From assembly GCF_006345805.1 (NCBI RefSeq), contig NW_021832865.1, positions 1 through 64,000 of the forward strand: a stretch of 64,000 nucleotides of DNA, written 5' to 3'. Source of the stretch: Octopus sinensis. Lineage: Eukaryota. Both the position numbers and the translations under genes were made by a program. Positions 49,135 through 62,479 of this stretch are shown piece after piece. The stretch's first letter is position 1; each line of letters starts with the position of its first letter. Below the pieces are notes generated by a model. It saw only the letters and a list, made by a program, of their open reading frames with translations. It made no database searches and was not told where the DNA came from.

Positions 49135-50690
49135 TTATCATCATTGCTTAATGTCCGTTTTCCATGTTGGCATAGGTTGGTCAGTTTGACTGAAAAAGGC
49201 AGCAAGTGGGCAGAAACGTTAGCACGCGAAATGCGTGATGGTATTTCGTCTGCCATTAAGTTCTGAGTTCAAATTCCGCCGAGGTTGACTTTGCCTTTCA
49301 TCCTTTCGGGGTCGATTAAATAAGTACCAGTTATGCACTGGGGTCGATATAATTGACTTAATCCGTGTGTCTGTCCTTGTTTGTCCTCTCTGTGTCTAGC
49401 CCCTTGTGGGCAGTAAAGAAATAGGTTTGACTGAAAACTGGTAAGCCAGGGGATTGCATCAGCTACCAATCTGATTTGGCAAAGATTCTACGGCTTGATG
49501 CCCTTCCTAATGCCACCCACTCTGAGAGTGTAGTGGATGTTTTTTACATGCCACTGGCACGGATGCCATTGGCCTGACACTGGCATTGGCCATGACTACA
49601 GTCTCACTTGTTTTGACAGGTCTGTACAAGCACGGTATCTTACCAAAGGTCTCGGTCACCTGTGACTGCTTCCATGTGACCCAATGCTCAAACGGTGCTT
49701 TTTGTGTGCCACTGGCATCAGCCATGACTATGGTTTGACAGGTCCTCACAAGCTCAGCATATCACCCAACATCTGAAGGGTGCTTTATATGGGCCAGTTA
49801 TGCTACAATGGCATTGGCCATTACTCCAATCTCACTTGGCTTGACAGGTCATCTCAAACATCACATATTGTCAAAGATCTTCGTCACTGCCTCTGTCAGG
49901 TTCAAAGTATGAAGGTCATGCTTCACCACCTCATCCCATTTCTTCCTGGATCTACCTCTTCCACATGTTCCCTCCACTGTTAGGGTGTGACACTTCTTCA
50001 TACAACTGTCCTCATCTACATGCATCACATGACCATACCAGTGCAGTCATCCCTCTTGCACACAACATCTGATGCCTCTTATCCCTAACTTTTCTTTCAA
50101 GATGCTTACACTCTGTCAAACATACACACTGACATTGCACATCCAGTGAAGCATACTGGATTCATTTCTTTCAACCCTACATATGTCCTTGGCTCTCACA
50201 GCCCATGTTTCACTGCTATGTAGCGTAGCTGTTCGCACACAGGCATCATACAATCTTACTTTCACCTTTGGTTGCCAGCAGGGTCAGGAGCTCTCTGAAT
50301 TTTGCCCTGCCATTTTTATTCTCACTGCTACACTCTCAGAGTATCCACCTCCACTGATGATTTGGTCACATAGATAACAGAAGCTATCTACTACCTCTAG
50401 CTTAGACCTCTGGCATTTGATGGAGTCTCTTTTCTGTACATTTCTAGTGTTTATCGTACATGTGCCTACTCCACACACACAAACTTTTTTCCCTGTTAAT
50501 CTTCCTTTGATATTGCTGCACCTTTTATGTGTCCATAGCTTACACCAGGTACATCTTACGGAGTTGCTACCTATGCCTTTTCTTCAGATTGAGCAGGGAT
50601 ATTTGGAGGGATTTGTGATTTGTCTGCCTTACTGCTTTCAGTTTTGCCTGGTTAACTCTAAAGCCCTTCAATTCTAGACCTTCTTTCCAT
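49135..50690 (-). mobile_element. Degraded 3' part of an RTE LINE (copy D), interrupted by a SINE
   Basis: Remnants such as KLEVVDSFCYL-DQIISGGG, the UTR and a (GAT)n tail at about 49135. Confidence 0.8.
49197..49424 (+). mobile_element. SINE with B box and CORE-like domain, 13-bp TSD
   Basis: TSD gtttgactgaaaa at 49184-49196 and 49425-49437. B box gagttcaaattcc and core taagtaccag...cactggggtcgat. Related copies at about 1500-1660, 13810-13990, 16535-16735 and 19640-19765. Confidence 0.8.
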
Positions 50691-50774
50691 ACCTAAATAT
50701 ATTAATTTATGATATATATTAACATATTTTAGCATGTATTAAACAGAAACTTAAGAAAACAAATATCTTTGCAG

Positions 50775-51023
50775 GTGGGTTTGAAATTCAAATTGAATCT
50801 AACAAAATTATGAATCGAAGAAGGAGTGAACTGAAAACTGGAGAAGTAGTGTCAACTAAAGCTGGAAAACTCAAATGCAAGACTATCATTCATGCTGTTG
50901 GACCCGTTTGGAATAATGGACGAACCCATGAAATTTTTTACCTTTCAAGAGCTGTTCAAAATTGTTTGGCATTCCTTGAAGAAAAGTCTTATACATCAAT
51001 TGCAATTCCTGCCATCAGTACAG
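50775..51023 (+). CDS. PARP14: PARP14-like coding exon 5 (macrodomain core)
   Basis: ttgcag acceptor and GTAAGA donor. 249 nt, phase 1-1: GGFEIQIESNKIM...AGKLKCKTIIHAVGPVW...SIAIPAIST, the classic macro-domain motifs. Confidence 0.92.
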
Positions 51024-52427
51024 GTAAGAATTTACCATTTTTATTCTGTTCAAATTATTTGGTATAGAAATAGTAATTACACTATTTAGTGTATAGCAAG
51101 GCAACTATCCTGTCCTTCTCTCATGCTCTAACCTTTCCCCTGGCACCCATCCACTTCCCTTGGTTTCACTCCCCCTCTCAACTAAAAGCCTTTGTCTTGC
51201 AAGTAACTTGGCCATCCCACAGGTGCTTTTTACGTGACACCAGCTCCTGTGACGGTGTCACATAAAAAGCACCCAGTGCATTCTCTAAAGTGGTTGGCAT
51301 TCTGTAAAGGAAGGGCATCCAGCCATAGAACCTATACCAAAAGAGAAAATTGGTGCCTGGGCAGCTCTCTGGCCTTGAAAACAGATGTGAAATGATGATG
51401 ATGATGATAATGACTGGTGTCCGTGTCGGTGAATGCCGCTTGACTGGCGTCCGTGTCCGTGACATGTAAAAGCACAAACTGATCGTGGCCGTTTGCCAGC
51501 CTCCTGTAGCTCCTGTGCTGGTGGCACCTAATAAACACCCACTACACTCACAGAGTGGTTGGCGTTAGGAAGGGCATCCAGCTGTAGAAACACTGCCAAA
51601 CCAGACTGGAGCATGGTGCAGCCTCCATGGCTTACCAGACCCCGGTCGAACCGTCCAACCCATGCCAGTATGGAAAACGGACGTTAATGATGATGGGGAT
51701 GATGATGATATATTATTGTAGGAGATGTGGCAGCATGGTTAAAAAGCTGATGTTCCACATGATTTCTGATTCAGTTCCCTGGCAAGTCTTTTATTATAGA
51801 CATGGGATGGCCAAAACCTTCTCAGTGGATTTGGTAGCCAGGAATTGAAAAGAGGCCTGTTGTGGCACAACTGACATTCTACAAGTACACTATTTGTTGT
51901 TGTTGTGTGAGTGTGTGACAGTCCCGGCACCCAAGCAGACAATTCTTGTCTGCCAACACTAACAATATGAGTGCCTTTATGAACCATATGAGAGGTTCTC
52001 TCACAGTAAATAACATAGCATTTGGTGCTCAAACACAACATCCACATTTAGTTGGATATAAAAATTGCCTGTTGGTATTACTATTGCTTCTGTTGCTGTT
52101 AATTACCTTTTTCATAGGCTTGCTAGCTATTTGCAAAATCAGTGCCTTAACAGATACTGAAATTCTATACATGGTCAATAGATTTGGCTGTTATGTCTCC
52201 ACTAGATGTCTTCTACTGAAGAGTCCAGGCAGGATGAAATCATGTCATCGTAGCAGATGGTTCTCGTCTGTTAAAAATATAAATATGAGTAATTTTATGC
52301 ACCCAAGGCCCTGTGGGAGGTCCTCTTGAGGTAAATAATGCAGTTCTCTCTGTTCTAACATGACCTTTATGTTAAGTTGGATATAAAGATTGCTTTTCAT
52401 ATTAATACTGCTTGAGTCAACAATAAT

Positions 52428-52462
<35 letters not shown>

Positions 52463-52516
52463 ATACGTACATATATATATTTGTACATATATATATATAT
52501 ATATATCTGTATATAC

Positions 52517-52716
52517 AAACATAGAAGAGATACCTGAAGAATAGGATATCTGACTCGCTAGAAAGAGCAGTTAAAAACACCAAGCCACCAATTGTTGTAA
52601 TTCCCAAATTATTTTTCAATCACTTTCGGAATTACAACAATTGGTGGCTTGGAGTTTTTAACTGCTCTTTCTAGCGAGTCAGATATCCTGTTCTTTGGGT
52701 ATCTCTTTTGTGTTTG
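52517..52716. repeat. Inverted repeat, ~88-bp arms with a 23-nt loop
   Basis: 52517-52604 pairs with 52628-52716 with few mismatches. Confidence 0.9.
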
Positions 52717-52837
52717 AATGTACACTGTATTCTTCTCTGAATGATATATAGTCTATTGACTAATTTTTTCTCTCTAGTCCATTGGTAACTAAGAATTTTT
52801 CGATAAATATTCTTGTTACCCTAAGTTTTTAAATATA

Positions 52838-52894
<57 letters not shown>

Positions 52895-53136
52895 ATAATA
52901 TTAGGGAATAAATCCAAACTTACAGGGAAAAATGGGATTTAGGATTAAATCCAATCTTATTGTATAAATATATTATATTATATTATATTATATTAAATTA
53001 AATTAGAGATAAAACCACTATTAGGCAAATCAAACAGTGAAAAACATAAGCCAATACATAAAATTAATTTTAAAATATAAAGTTAAAAATAAAAAATTAT
53101 TTAAATAATTTAAACTTATAAATTATATATATATAT

Positions 53137-53182
<46 letters not shown>

Positions 53183-56100
53183 ATTTTTATATTTATATAT
53201 TATTTTATTTCTTAATTAATTAATTAATTAATTTTTTTTATATATCAAAAGTATTAAAAGTTTAATAGAAGATAAAGAGTAAAACACTACGATCGTTTCA
53301 TGGCTGTACCAATTCGAATAACAATAATTTAAATTCAATTAATAATTCGAGTTATGGTTACAGTCAATCTTCAGGTTAATTGAAATATGTTAAAAATAAT
53401 CAGAAATATTTAAACAATATTTTTAAGATATAAATAATATAATAATTTTACTTATAATAAACTCTATTATCAAACTAGAAACTTAAAACTTAACAATTAT
53501 GATTATATCAAAATCAATTATAATGTTAAATATTAATTTCAATTTATAAGGTAGGAAACACACCAATAATCTAATATCGGTAATAGTCTATATCTAATTA
53601 CATAAATATTAAAAAAAACAAAAAAACTATTATATACAAATTATCAATGAAAATATATAAATGTATATAAATATTATAATTAAGATCTAAAATAATCTCT
53701 ATAAATAAATATATATGTACATATAATAAAAACCTAATAAATTAATTTTTCATATTTAAAGATGAAATAGCTAATTTTAAAAATACAAACAAACAAACTT
53801 AAACGAACTTTCAGAAATCTTATGTAAAATACTTATAGAAATAATCAATTCGTAGTTATATAGTATCGAATAAATACTATAAATATAATTATCAATGGGA
53901 ATAACTAGCGAATATCAATTTTAAAAGACAATAACTAAGTTATGCTATTAAGTTAGACAGGGCCTGGACCAATCTTTAGTCGAAACATATCTAAGTTTAT
54001 CAAAGTTTATCTAATTTTAATTATAAAAAATTTAAAACTACAATTAATACTATTAATACATGTATATACAAAAGCCTAACTTTAGATACCTCCACTTGCA
54101 AAGACCTGTTGAAGTAAGTGAAATCATTGTTGTGGCTGATGACAGAACCGCCTAATTGGTACCTGTGCCGGTGGAACGTTAAAAGCACCATTCGAGTGTG
54201 ATCGTTGCCAGTGCTGCCTAACTGCTTCCTGTGCTGCTGGCACGTAAAAAGCACAATTCAAGCATGGTCATTGCCAGCGTCGCCTGACTGGCTCCTGTGC
54301 AGTTGGCATGTAAAAAGCACAACTTGAACATGGTCAATGCCAGTACCGCCTGACTGGCCCTTGTGCCGGTGGCATGTTAATGCATGCACTACACTCTCGG
54401 AGTGGCTGGTGTTAGAAAGGGCATCCAGCTATAGAAACTTTGCCAGATCAGATTGGAGCTTGGTGCCAGCCAACAGTCATACCGTCCAACCCATGCCAGC
54501 ATGGAAAGCAGACATTAAACCTTCATTGCACTGTCCTAACTGGCCCAAACTTCGAAGTCACTGTCAGTAATATTCCTGCCCAAATGTAATGAATTTGTTC
54601 TCTACAAAAGGAGAGAGTAAACTATCCGATTAGTATGAAATTGTTCCTATTATAACTGAACATAGAAGCAAACATTAACTACATATAAATATCATCATCA
54701 TCATTTAATGTTCGTTGTCCATGCTGGCATGGGTTGGATGATTCGACTGGGTTGGCATGCTGGAAGGCTGCACCAGGCTCCAGTCTGATTTGGCATATTT
54801 CTCTACAGCTAGATGCCTTTCCTAATGCCAACCACTCTGAGAGCGTAATAGGTGCTTTTACGTGCCACAGGCACAGGTGCCATTTGTATGATACTGGTAT
54901 CTGCCATGACTGCAATTTTGCTAGGCATAATGGGTCTTCATCTCATAATGCCCAAGGTCTTGGTCATTGCCTCCATGAGGCCCAAGACTCGGAAGGAGCT
55001 TGGCCACTTTGCCTCCATGAGGTCCAGCACTCGAAAGGAACTCAAACATCTCACCTCCGTGAGGCCCAACATTCAAATGGAACTCAGCTTCTTTGCCTCC
55101 ATCAGATCCAATGCTTGAAAGGAACTAGTCACTATGCCTCCATGATGCCCAAGGTTTGAAAGGTACTCAGGTATTTTTGCCACTGAGAGGTCTAATGCTC
55201 GAAAGGTACTCAGCCACTTTGCCTCCATGAGGCCCAACATTCAAAAGATGTTCTTTAGGTGCCACCAGCATAGTTTCACTTGGCTTAATAGGTCCTCTTA
55301 AGCAGAACACATCGCCAAAGGTCTCGGTCACTTGTCTGCCTCTGTGAGGTTCAAAGTTCAAAGGTCATGCTTCACCACCTCATCCCATTTCTTCCTGGGC
55401 CTACTGCTATCACAGGTGCCATCCACAGTTAGAGATCAGCACATCTTTACATAGCTGTCCTCATCCATATGCATCACATGACCATACCAGCATAGGTGTC
55501 TCTCTTGAACACCACTTCTAACACTTTATACATATGTGTGTGTAATCAAATGATAGTTATAAACAAGGATCACCATCTTACAAGCATTTCTGATCTTCAA
55601 TGAAAACATGTCTGGCCATGGGGCAATATTAGCTTCCTTGGTAAGGGCTTGTGATAGGAATGTCAGCTACACATAGAAAATTTGCCTCAACCAATTCCAC
55701 CTGAAGCATGGAAAAGGAGACATTAAAGTTATTATTATTATCATTATTATTATTGTTATTTCTATTATTATTATTATTATTATTGTTATTATTATTTAAC
55801 TGTACAAACAACGAAGAAAAGAAACGTGTTCAAGAAGAGAGAGAGACAAACTTAGATCTTATTAAATACCGTCGTATATTAATGAGTGTAAAGACCCCCC
55901 ACCCCCGGTCATGAATGGCCATGATATTGCACCTAGAAAGTTCTCCTCTGTCTATTAAAGAATCTTCTTGTAAATGATGGAATTGTGTTGTTTCTTGGTA
56001 TTGCAGCTGATAAATTACTGAAATTATATCATATGTTAATCTATATGTATAAAACAAAGTATGTCTGTGTTTGTAATATGTATGTATTTCTACAGTTTTC

Positions 56101-57197
56101 AACTGATTTTCACCAAACTTTACACACACATTACTTATGTGCCATGGATGTTTATGCACTATAACATTTTGTCCAGAGCTCCCACGCAATGTGACAAACT
56201 GACCATAAAAAAGTTCTTTACATGGCTTTTTCTCTAAAAACTGCAGTTTTTAACTGATTCTCTCTCTCTATTAATCTCTTTTCCTTTTTCCCACTTTCAC
56301 ATATACAAATATTCATTTCTTTCTTTCTCTCTCTCTATTTCTCACTCTCACTCTATTTCTCACGCTCTCTCTAACTCACTCTCTCTCTATTTCTCACTCC
56401 CTCTCTCTCTATTTCTCACTCACTTTCTCTCTCTTTCTCACTCTCTCTCTCTTTATTTCTCACTCTCTCTTTATTTCTTACTCTCTCTCTCTATTTTTCA
56501 CTATATCTCTCTATTTCTCACTCTCTATTTCTCCCTCTCTCTATATTTCTCACTCTCTCACTCTCTATTTCTCCCTCTGTCTCTCTCTCTCTATTTCTCA
56601 CTCTCTCCCTCTCTATTTCTCTCTCTATGAAAATTGGCTTCAGTGTGTTTCAGTTTTGTCGTGCGTATATATATATATATATATATATCGTTGTCTTCAT
56701 GCTATCTGAATGTTCTCCCCACAACATTACTTTGCTTATTTTAAGTTTCCTGCACTCTCTCTATTTAAATGCACCATTTACATTTCTCCCTCTATCGGAA
56801 ACCATTGTGTAATATTGTTTCCCTTTCATTCTTTCACTTTTGTGTGTGTGTTTGTGCATTCAATAAGGATGAAAATAGTACAGGACATTTCAAACCTTGA
56901 CAATGATGATGTCACTTATACAAGTGTGTATGTATCTCTGAGTGTATGTGTGTGTGGGTGTACGAGTGTGTGTGTGTCTCTCTGACTGTGTGTGGGTTTT
57001 CACACTAGGTACATTATTAAACACATGCACATCTACACATATGCATACACATGTGATGACTGATATGCGTGAATGTATGTCTGCATGTGTCTCTCTTATT
57101 ATATGTATATGTCTGTTTGTGAGAGTGTATGTGTGCGTATCGTCGCATGTGTATGTGTCTGTGAGTGCGTGTGTGTTTGCGTGCCCACTACCTACAT

Positions 57198-57416
57198 CAG
57201 TGCTTTTCAAACTTTTTGCTGGAGCAGAACCCCAAGGAAACATTCCACTGGCTCGAGGAACCCCTGTGCAATAATTTAATAGTCTTATGCACACATATCT
57301 GCACAAGAGACTTAAAAATTACTGCCAATTTTAGCAGTTTTGTAACTTTTTGCGGAACCCCTGGACTGTACTGGTGGAACCCTAAGGATCCGTGGAACCC
57401 TGGTTGAAAACCACTG
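57198..57416. mobile_element. hAT (Charlie-like) MITE, 219 bp
   Basis: TIRs cagtgcttttcaaac / ggttgaaaaccactg and a perfect 8-bp TSD acctacat at 57190-57197 and 57417-57424. Confidence 0.92.
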
Positions 57417-58277
57417 ACCTACATTATTAAACAAGCTATCATCTACACAACCTCTTGACAAAAAACAATTATGTGGAAGGTCCAAATTATATAAAAATAC
57501 ATATCTACCATTCCATTAACAGTTCATAATTATTGCAGCAGTTACAAGGTTGCAGGGTATTTGCAAATTGCTTATATTTGGTTAATTTATACAGTATACA
57601 AAAATATAGACATACTACATGCTTTCAAAAATAGAGATTAATGTATATTTTTTCTATGTTTATAATTTTTTGTTTAGAATATTGAAAAAAATTATGCCAC
57701 CAAAGGAAAAACATAATCTTTCCAGAAACATCTATAAGGCAAGGAGGAGTGCAGAAAACTGAAGGCGAGAGTCTCAAGAGATAATGGACGTAAGACTTTG
57801 TCAACATCAGTAAAAGCATACTGTTGTTGTTAAGCAACAAGATGGGTAAAGGTGATTAGGTGATGGTCACGGGCTTAGGGGCGGGAGACCCCAGACCTTG
57901 GGAAAAAAAAAAAAATCTTTGGTCGTCTTGTAGTTGCGGGCTCTTCGTTGACACACGACATCACTGGGAGGTGGCCCTCGAAGTCGCTGGAAATGGAGAT
58001 CTCCAGGTCCAAATTCTTGAACGGCGTAAAAGCATGCTGCAGCATGTCAGATGTAGTCTCAATACAGAAGGGGCATGACACTTTCCAAAGAACAAACGCA
58101 TGCTGCAACACATCAAATGGAGTCTGAAGACAGAAGATGAGACTTTCTGAACATCAGCAATGGCATGCTGCAGTACATCAGATGGAGTCTCAAGAGGGAA
58201 GAAGGGACATGACACTTTCCAAAGATCACCAAACACATGCTGCAACACATCATATAGGACCTCAAGAGAGAAGGGAG

Positions 58278-61061
58278 ATGAGACTTTCTGAAGATCAACA
58301 AAGGCATTCTGCTGGACATCAGATGGAGTCTCAAGACAGAAAGGAGATGAGACTTTCTGAAGATCAGCAAAGGCATTCTGCTGGACATCAGATGGAGTCT
58401 CAAGACAGAAAGGAGATGAGACTTTCTGAAGATCAGCAAAGGCATTCTGCTGGACATCAGATGGAGTCTCAAGACAGAAAGGAGATGAGACTTTCTGAAG
58501 ATCAGCAAAGGCATTCTGCTGGACATCAGATGGAGTCTCAAGACAGAAAGGAGATGAGACTTTCTGAAGATCAGCAAAGGCATTCTGCTGGACATCAGAT
58601 GGAGTCTCAAGACAGAAGGAGATGAGACTTTCTGAAGATCAGCAAAGGCATTCTGCTGGACATCAGATGGAGTCTCAAGACAGAAAGGAGATGAGACTTT
58701 CTGAAGATCAGCAAAGGCATTCTGCTGGACATCAGATGGAGTCTCAAGACAGAAAGGAGATGAGACTTTCTGAAGATCAGCAAAGGCATTCTGCTGGACA
58801 TCAGATGGAGTCTCAAGACAGAAAGGAGATGAGACTTTCTGAAGATCAGCAAAGGCATTCTGCTGGACATCAGATGGAGTCTCAAGACAGAAAGGAGATG
58901 AGACTTTCTGAAGATCAGCAAAGGCATTCTGCTGGACATCAGATGGAGTCTCAAGACAGAAAGGAGATGAGACTTTCTGAAGATCAGCAAAGGCATTCTG
59001 CTGGACATCAGATGGAGTCTCAAGACAGAAAGGAGATGAGACTTTCTGAAGATCAGCAAAGGCATTCTGCTGGACATCAGATGGAGTCTCAAGACAGAAA
59101 GGAGATGAGACTTTCTGAAGATCAACAAAGGCATTCTGCTGGACATCAGATAGAGTCTCAAGACAGAAAGGAGATGAGACTTTCTGAAGATCAGCAAAGG
59201 CATTCTGCTGGACATCAGATGGAGTCTCAAGACAGAAGGAGATGAGACTTTCTGAAGATCAGCAAAGGCATTCTGCTGGACATCAGATGGAGTCTCAAGA
59301 CAGAAAGGAGATGAGACTTTCCCAAGATCAACAAAGGCATTCTGCTGGACATCAGATGGAGTCTCAAGACAGAAAGGAGATGAGACTTTCTGAAGATCAG
59401 CAAAGGCATTCTGCTGGACATCAGATGGAGTCTCAAGACAGAAAGGAGATGAGACTTTCTGAAGATCAGCAAAGGCATTCTGCTGGACATCAGATGGAGT
59501 CTCAAGACAGAAAGGAGATGAGACTTTCTGAAGATCAGCAAAGGCATTCTGCTGGACATCAGATGGAGTCTCAAGACAGAAAGGAGATGAGACTTTCTGA
59601 AGATCAGCAAAGGCATTCTGCTGGACATCAGATGGAGTCTCAAGACAGAAAGGAGATGAGACTTTCTGAAGATCAGCAAAGGCATTCTGCTGGACATCAG
59701 ATGGAGTCTCAAGACAGAAAGGAGATGAGACTTTCTGAAGATCAGCAAAGGCATTCTGCTGGACATCAGATGGAGTCTCAAGACAGAAAGGAGATGAGAC
59801 TTTCTGAAGATCAGCAAAGGCATTCTGCTGGACATCAGATGGAGTCTCAAGACAGAAAGGAGATGAGACTTTCTGAAGATCAGCAAAGGCATTCTGCTGG
59901 ACATCAGATGGAGTCTCAAGACAGAAACGAGATGAGACTTTCTGAAGATCAGCAAAGGCATTCTGCTGGACATCAGATGGAGTCTCAAGACAGAAAGGAG
60001 ATGAGACTTTCTGAAGATCAGCAAAGGCATTCTGCTGGACATCAGATGGAGTCTCAAGACAGAAAGGAGATGAGACTTTCTGAAGATCAGCAAAGGCATT
60101 CTGCTGGACATCAGATGGAGTCTCAAGACAGAAAGGAGATGAGACTTTCTGAAGATCAGCAAAGGCATTCTGCTGGACATCAGATGGAGTCTCAAGACAG
60201 AAAGGAGATGAGACTTTCTGAAGATCAGCAAAGGCATTCTGCTGGACATCAGATGGAGTCTCAAGACAGAAAGGAGATGAGACTTTCTGAAGATCAGCAA
60301 AGGCATTCTGCTGGACATCAGATGGAGTCTCAAGACAGAAAGGAGATGAGACTTTCTGAAGATCAGCAAAGGCATTCTGCTGGACATCAGATGGAGTCTC
60401 AAGACAGAAAGGAGATGAGACTTTCTGAAGATCAGCAAAGGCATTCTGCTGGACATCAGATGGAGTCTCAAGACAGAAAGGAGATGAGACTTTCTGAAGA
60501 TCAGCAAAGGCATTCTGCTGGACATCAGATGGAGTCTCAAGACAGAAAGGAGATGAGACTTTCTGAAGATCAGCAAAGGCATTCTGCTGGACATCAGATG
60601 GAGTCTCAAGACAGAAAGGAGATGAAACTTTCTGAAGATCAGCGAAGGCATTCTGCTGGACATCAGATGGAGTCTCAAGACAGAAAGGAGATGAGACTTT
60701 CTGAAGATCAGCGAAGGCATTCTGCTGGACATCAGATGGAGTCTCAAGACAGAAGGAGATGAGACTTTCCCAAGATCAACAAAGGCATTCTGCTGGACAT
60801 CAGATGGAGTCTCAAGACAGAAAGGAGATGAGACTTTCCCAAGATCAACAAAGGCATTCTGCTGGACATCAGATGGAGTCTCAAGACAGAAAGGAGATGA
60901 GACTTTCTGAAGATCAGCAAAGGCATTCTGCTGGACATCAGATGGAGTCTCAAGACAGAAAGGAGATGAGACTTTCTGAAGATCAGCAAAGGCATTCTGC
61001 TGGACATCAGATGGAGTCTCAAGACAGAAAGGAGATGAGACTTTCTGAAGATCAGCAAAGG
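58278..61061 (+). repeat. 69-bp tandem array, 40 units plus a partial unit, encoding MRLSEDQQRHSAGHQMESQDRKE
   Basis: First ATG at 58278 and last at 61035: 2757 nt plus three 1-nt deletions equals 40 x 69. Older diverged units lie upstream at about 58030-58277. Confidence 0.97.
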
Positions 61062-61473
61062 CATGCAGCTGCAGCACTTAATGCTGAATCATTAAAACGT
61101 TTAGCTCACCAGATTACACAGAGGTTCAATAGAATAGCTCTCAGAATCAGGTCACATACAAATTCGTTCTTCACAACACCTGGAGCTTCTTTCAGATATG
61201 ATCCATCGCATTCTTATAAAAATGATAATTCTGTTCAAATCGGTGACCTTTCTTGTCATCTGTGCATATATTCTTGTCATTTGTGCAAAGCTTTTACATT
61301 AACTCCACAAATGTTTTGTCATCAATGCAGCACTTTCATGTATCACCTGTTTCATATATATACAAACTATGCCCTTTTAATCCCGAGCAACACCGGGTAT
61401 CTCTGCTAGTTATATATATTTTGAGTAAGAACATTTGTTGGATTAAATGTGTTGTATATTTTATTTATTACAG

Positions 61474-61653
61474 GTATTTATGGTATACCCATAGAAGAAG
61501 GAACCAAATGTACAGTAAAGACGATAAAGAATTATCTTGATACTCACACAAATTCTAAAATAAAACATATTTGTTTAATTGATGTACGGAAGGAAGTAAT
61601 CAGAGCTTTTAAGCTTCATCTAGAAATGGTGTTTGGAATCAGTAAAAGCAGAG
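61474..61653 (+). CDS. PARP14: PARP14-like coding exon 6 (macrodomain C-terminus); gene continues beyond the window
   Basis: ttacag acceptor and GTAGGA donor. 180 nt. Splices to exon 5 to give AIPAIST-GIYGIP...KHICLIDVRKEVIRAF, completing the macro fold. Confidence 0.88.
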
Positions 61654-62479
61654 GTAGGACTTGTTATTTGTTTGATATTTTAGTGAAAACTTAAATGATT
61701 TATTTCAGGTGTTAATTAAGATTTTTCCTCCTTCAGTCAACTTTTATCTGATTCCTATTATTGGTTTATGGGCACAGCCATGGATTTGTGGTTAAAAAGA
61801 TTCATTTCTAACCATGTTAATTCCCAATGTAAGGCAACTCAAGAAAATATCTTCTAATATGGCCCTGAGCTGACCAAAGTCTTGTCAACTGGTTTAGAAG
61901 TTAGAAACTGATACAAGGGCTCCTCATATATGTACTGTGTGTGTTTGTACTCTTGTCTTGACATCATGTGATGGCTGTAAACGAGCATCCCCAGCATACA
62001 GGTGAGGTTGTTTGTTTCCTGTCTTCTGTGGAAACCATGTCTGGCCAGGGGGAAATATTACCTTGCTTGGAAACAGGTGAGGGTCAGCATCAGGAAGAGC
62101 ATCCAGCTATAGAAAGTCTGCCTCAATAAACTAATCTGACCCATGCAAGCAGGGAACAATGGATGTGAAAACAAGGATGATGATGTTTAATTTATTGCAG
62201 TTGATAAAATACTCTTGTCTCACTCTGTGAATCCTGTCTTGTATAAATAACGAAGGATAATTATAATTATTTATCTGATACATTGTAAACATGAGTATTG
62301 CTTGTAATTACTATGAAGTTATAGATTCCCCCCCCCCCACCTCAAAAGAAAAGGGCTTTTTCAATAAGTGAATGACTTCTCAGTTTCTCTGACTAAAAAT
62401 TAAAATTTAGTGCAATTTTTTTAATGACTTCTTTCTTTTTTGATTTGTTATTATCATCTGCAGCAGTGGTGGGGGTGGG

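Larger units (their letters stand above)
56040..61409 (+). mobile_element. Internally deleted Helitron carrying an expanded STPR-type repeat
   Basis: The 3' end is well supported: hairpin cccgagcaacaccggg plus ctgCTAG|T at 61406-61409, preceded by ASFRYDPSHSYKNDNSVQIG, which resembles the AFNYNP...VQI segment at 12.3 kb. The 5' end A|TCTATATGTATAAAAC at 56040 is assigned to the same element by inference. Confidence 0.7.

Noticed and set aside
59227-61077. 616-aa minus-strand ORF and related ORFs (58113-59230)
   Set aside because: These are the antisense shadow of a 69-bp repeat that happens to lack stops. The + frame is the one continuous with Helitron coding sequence.
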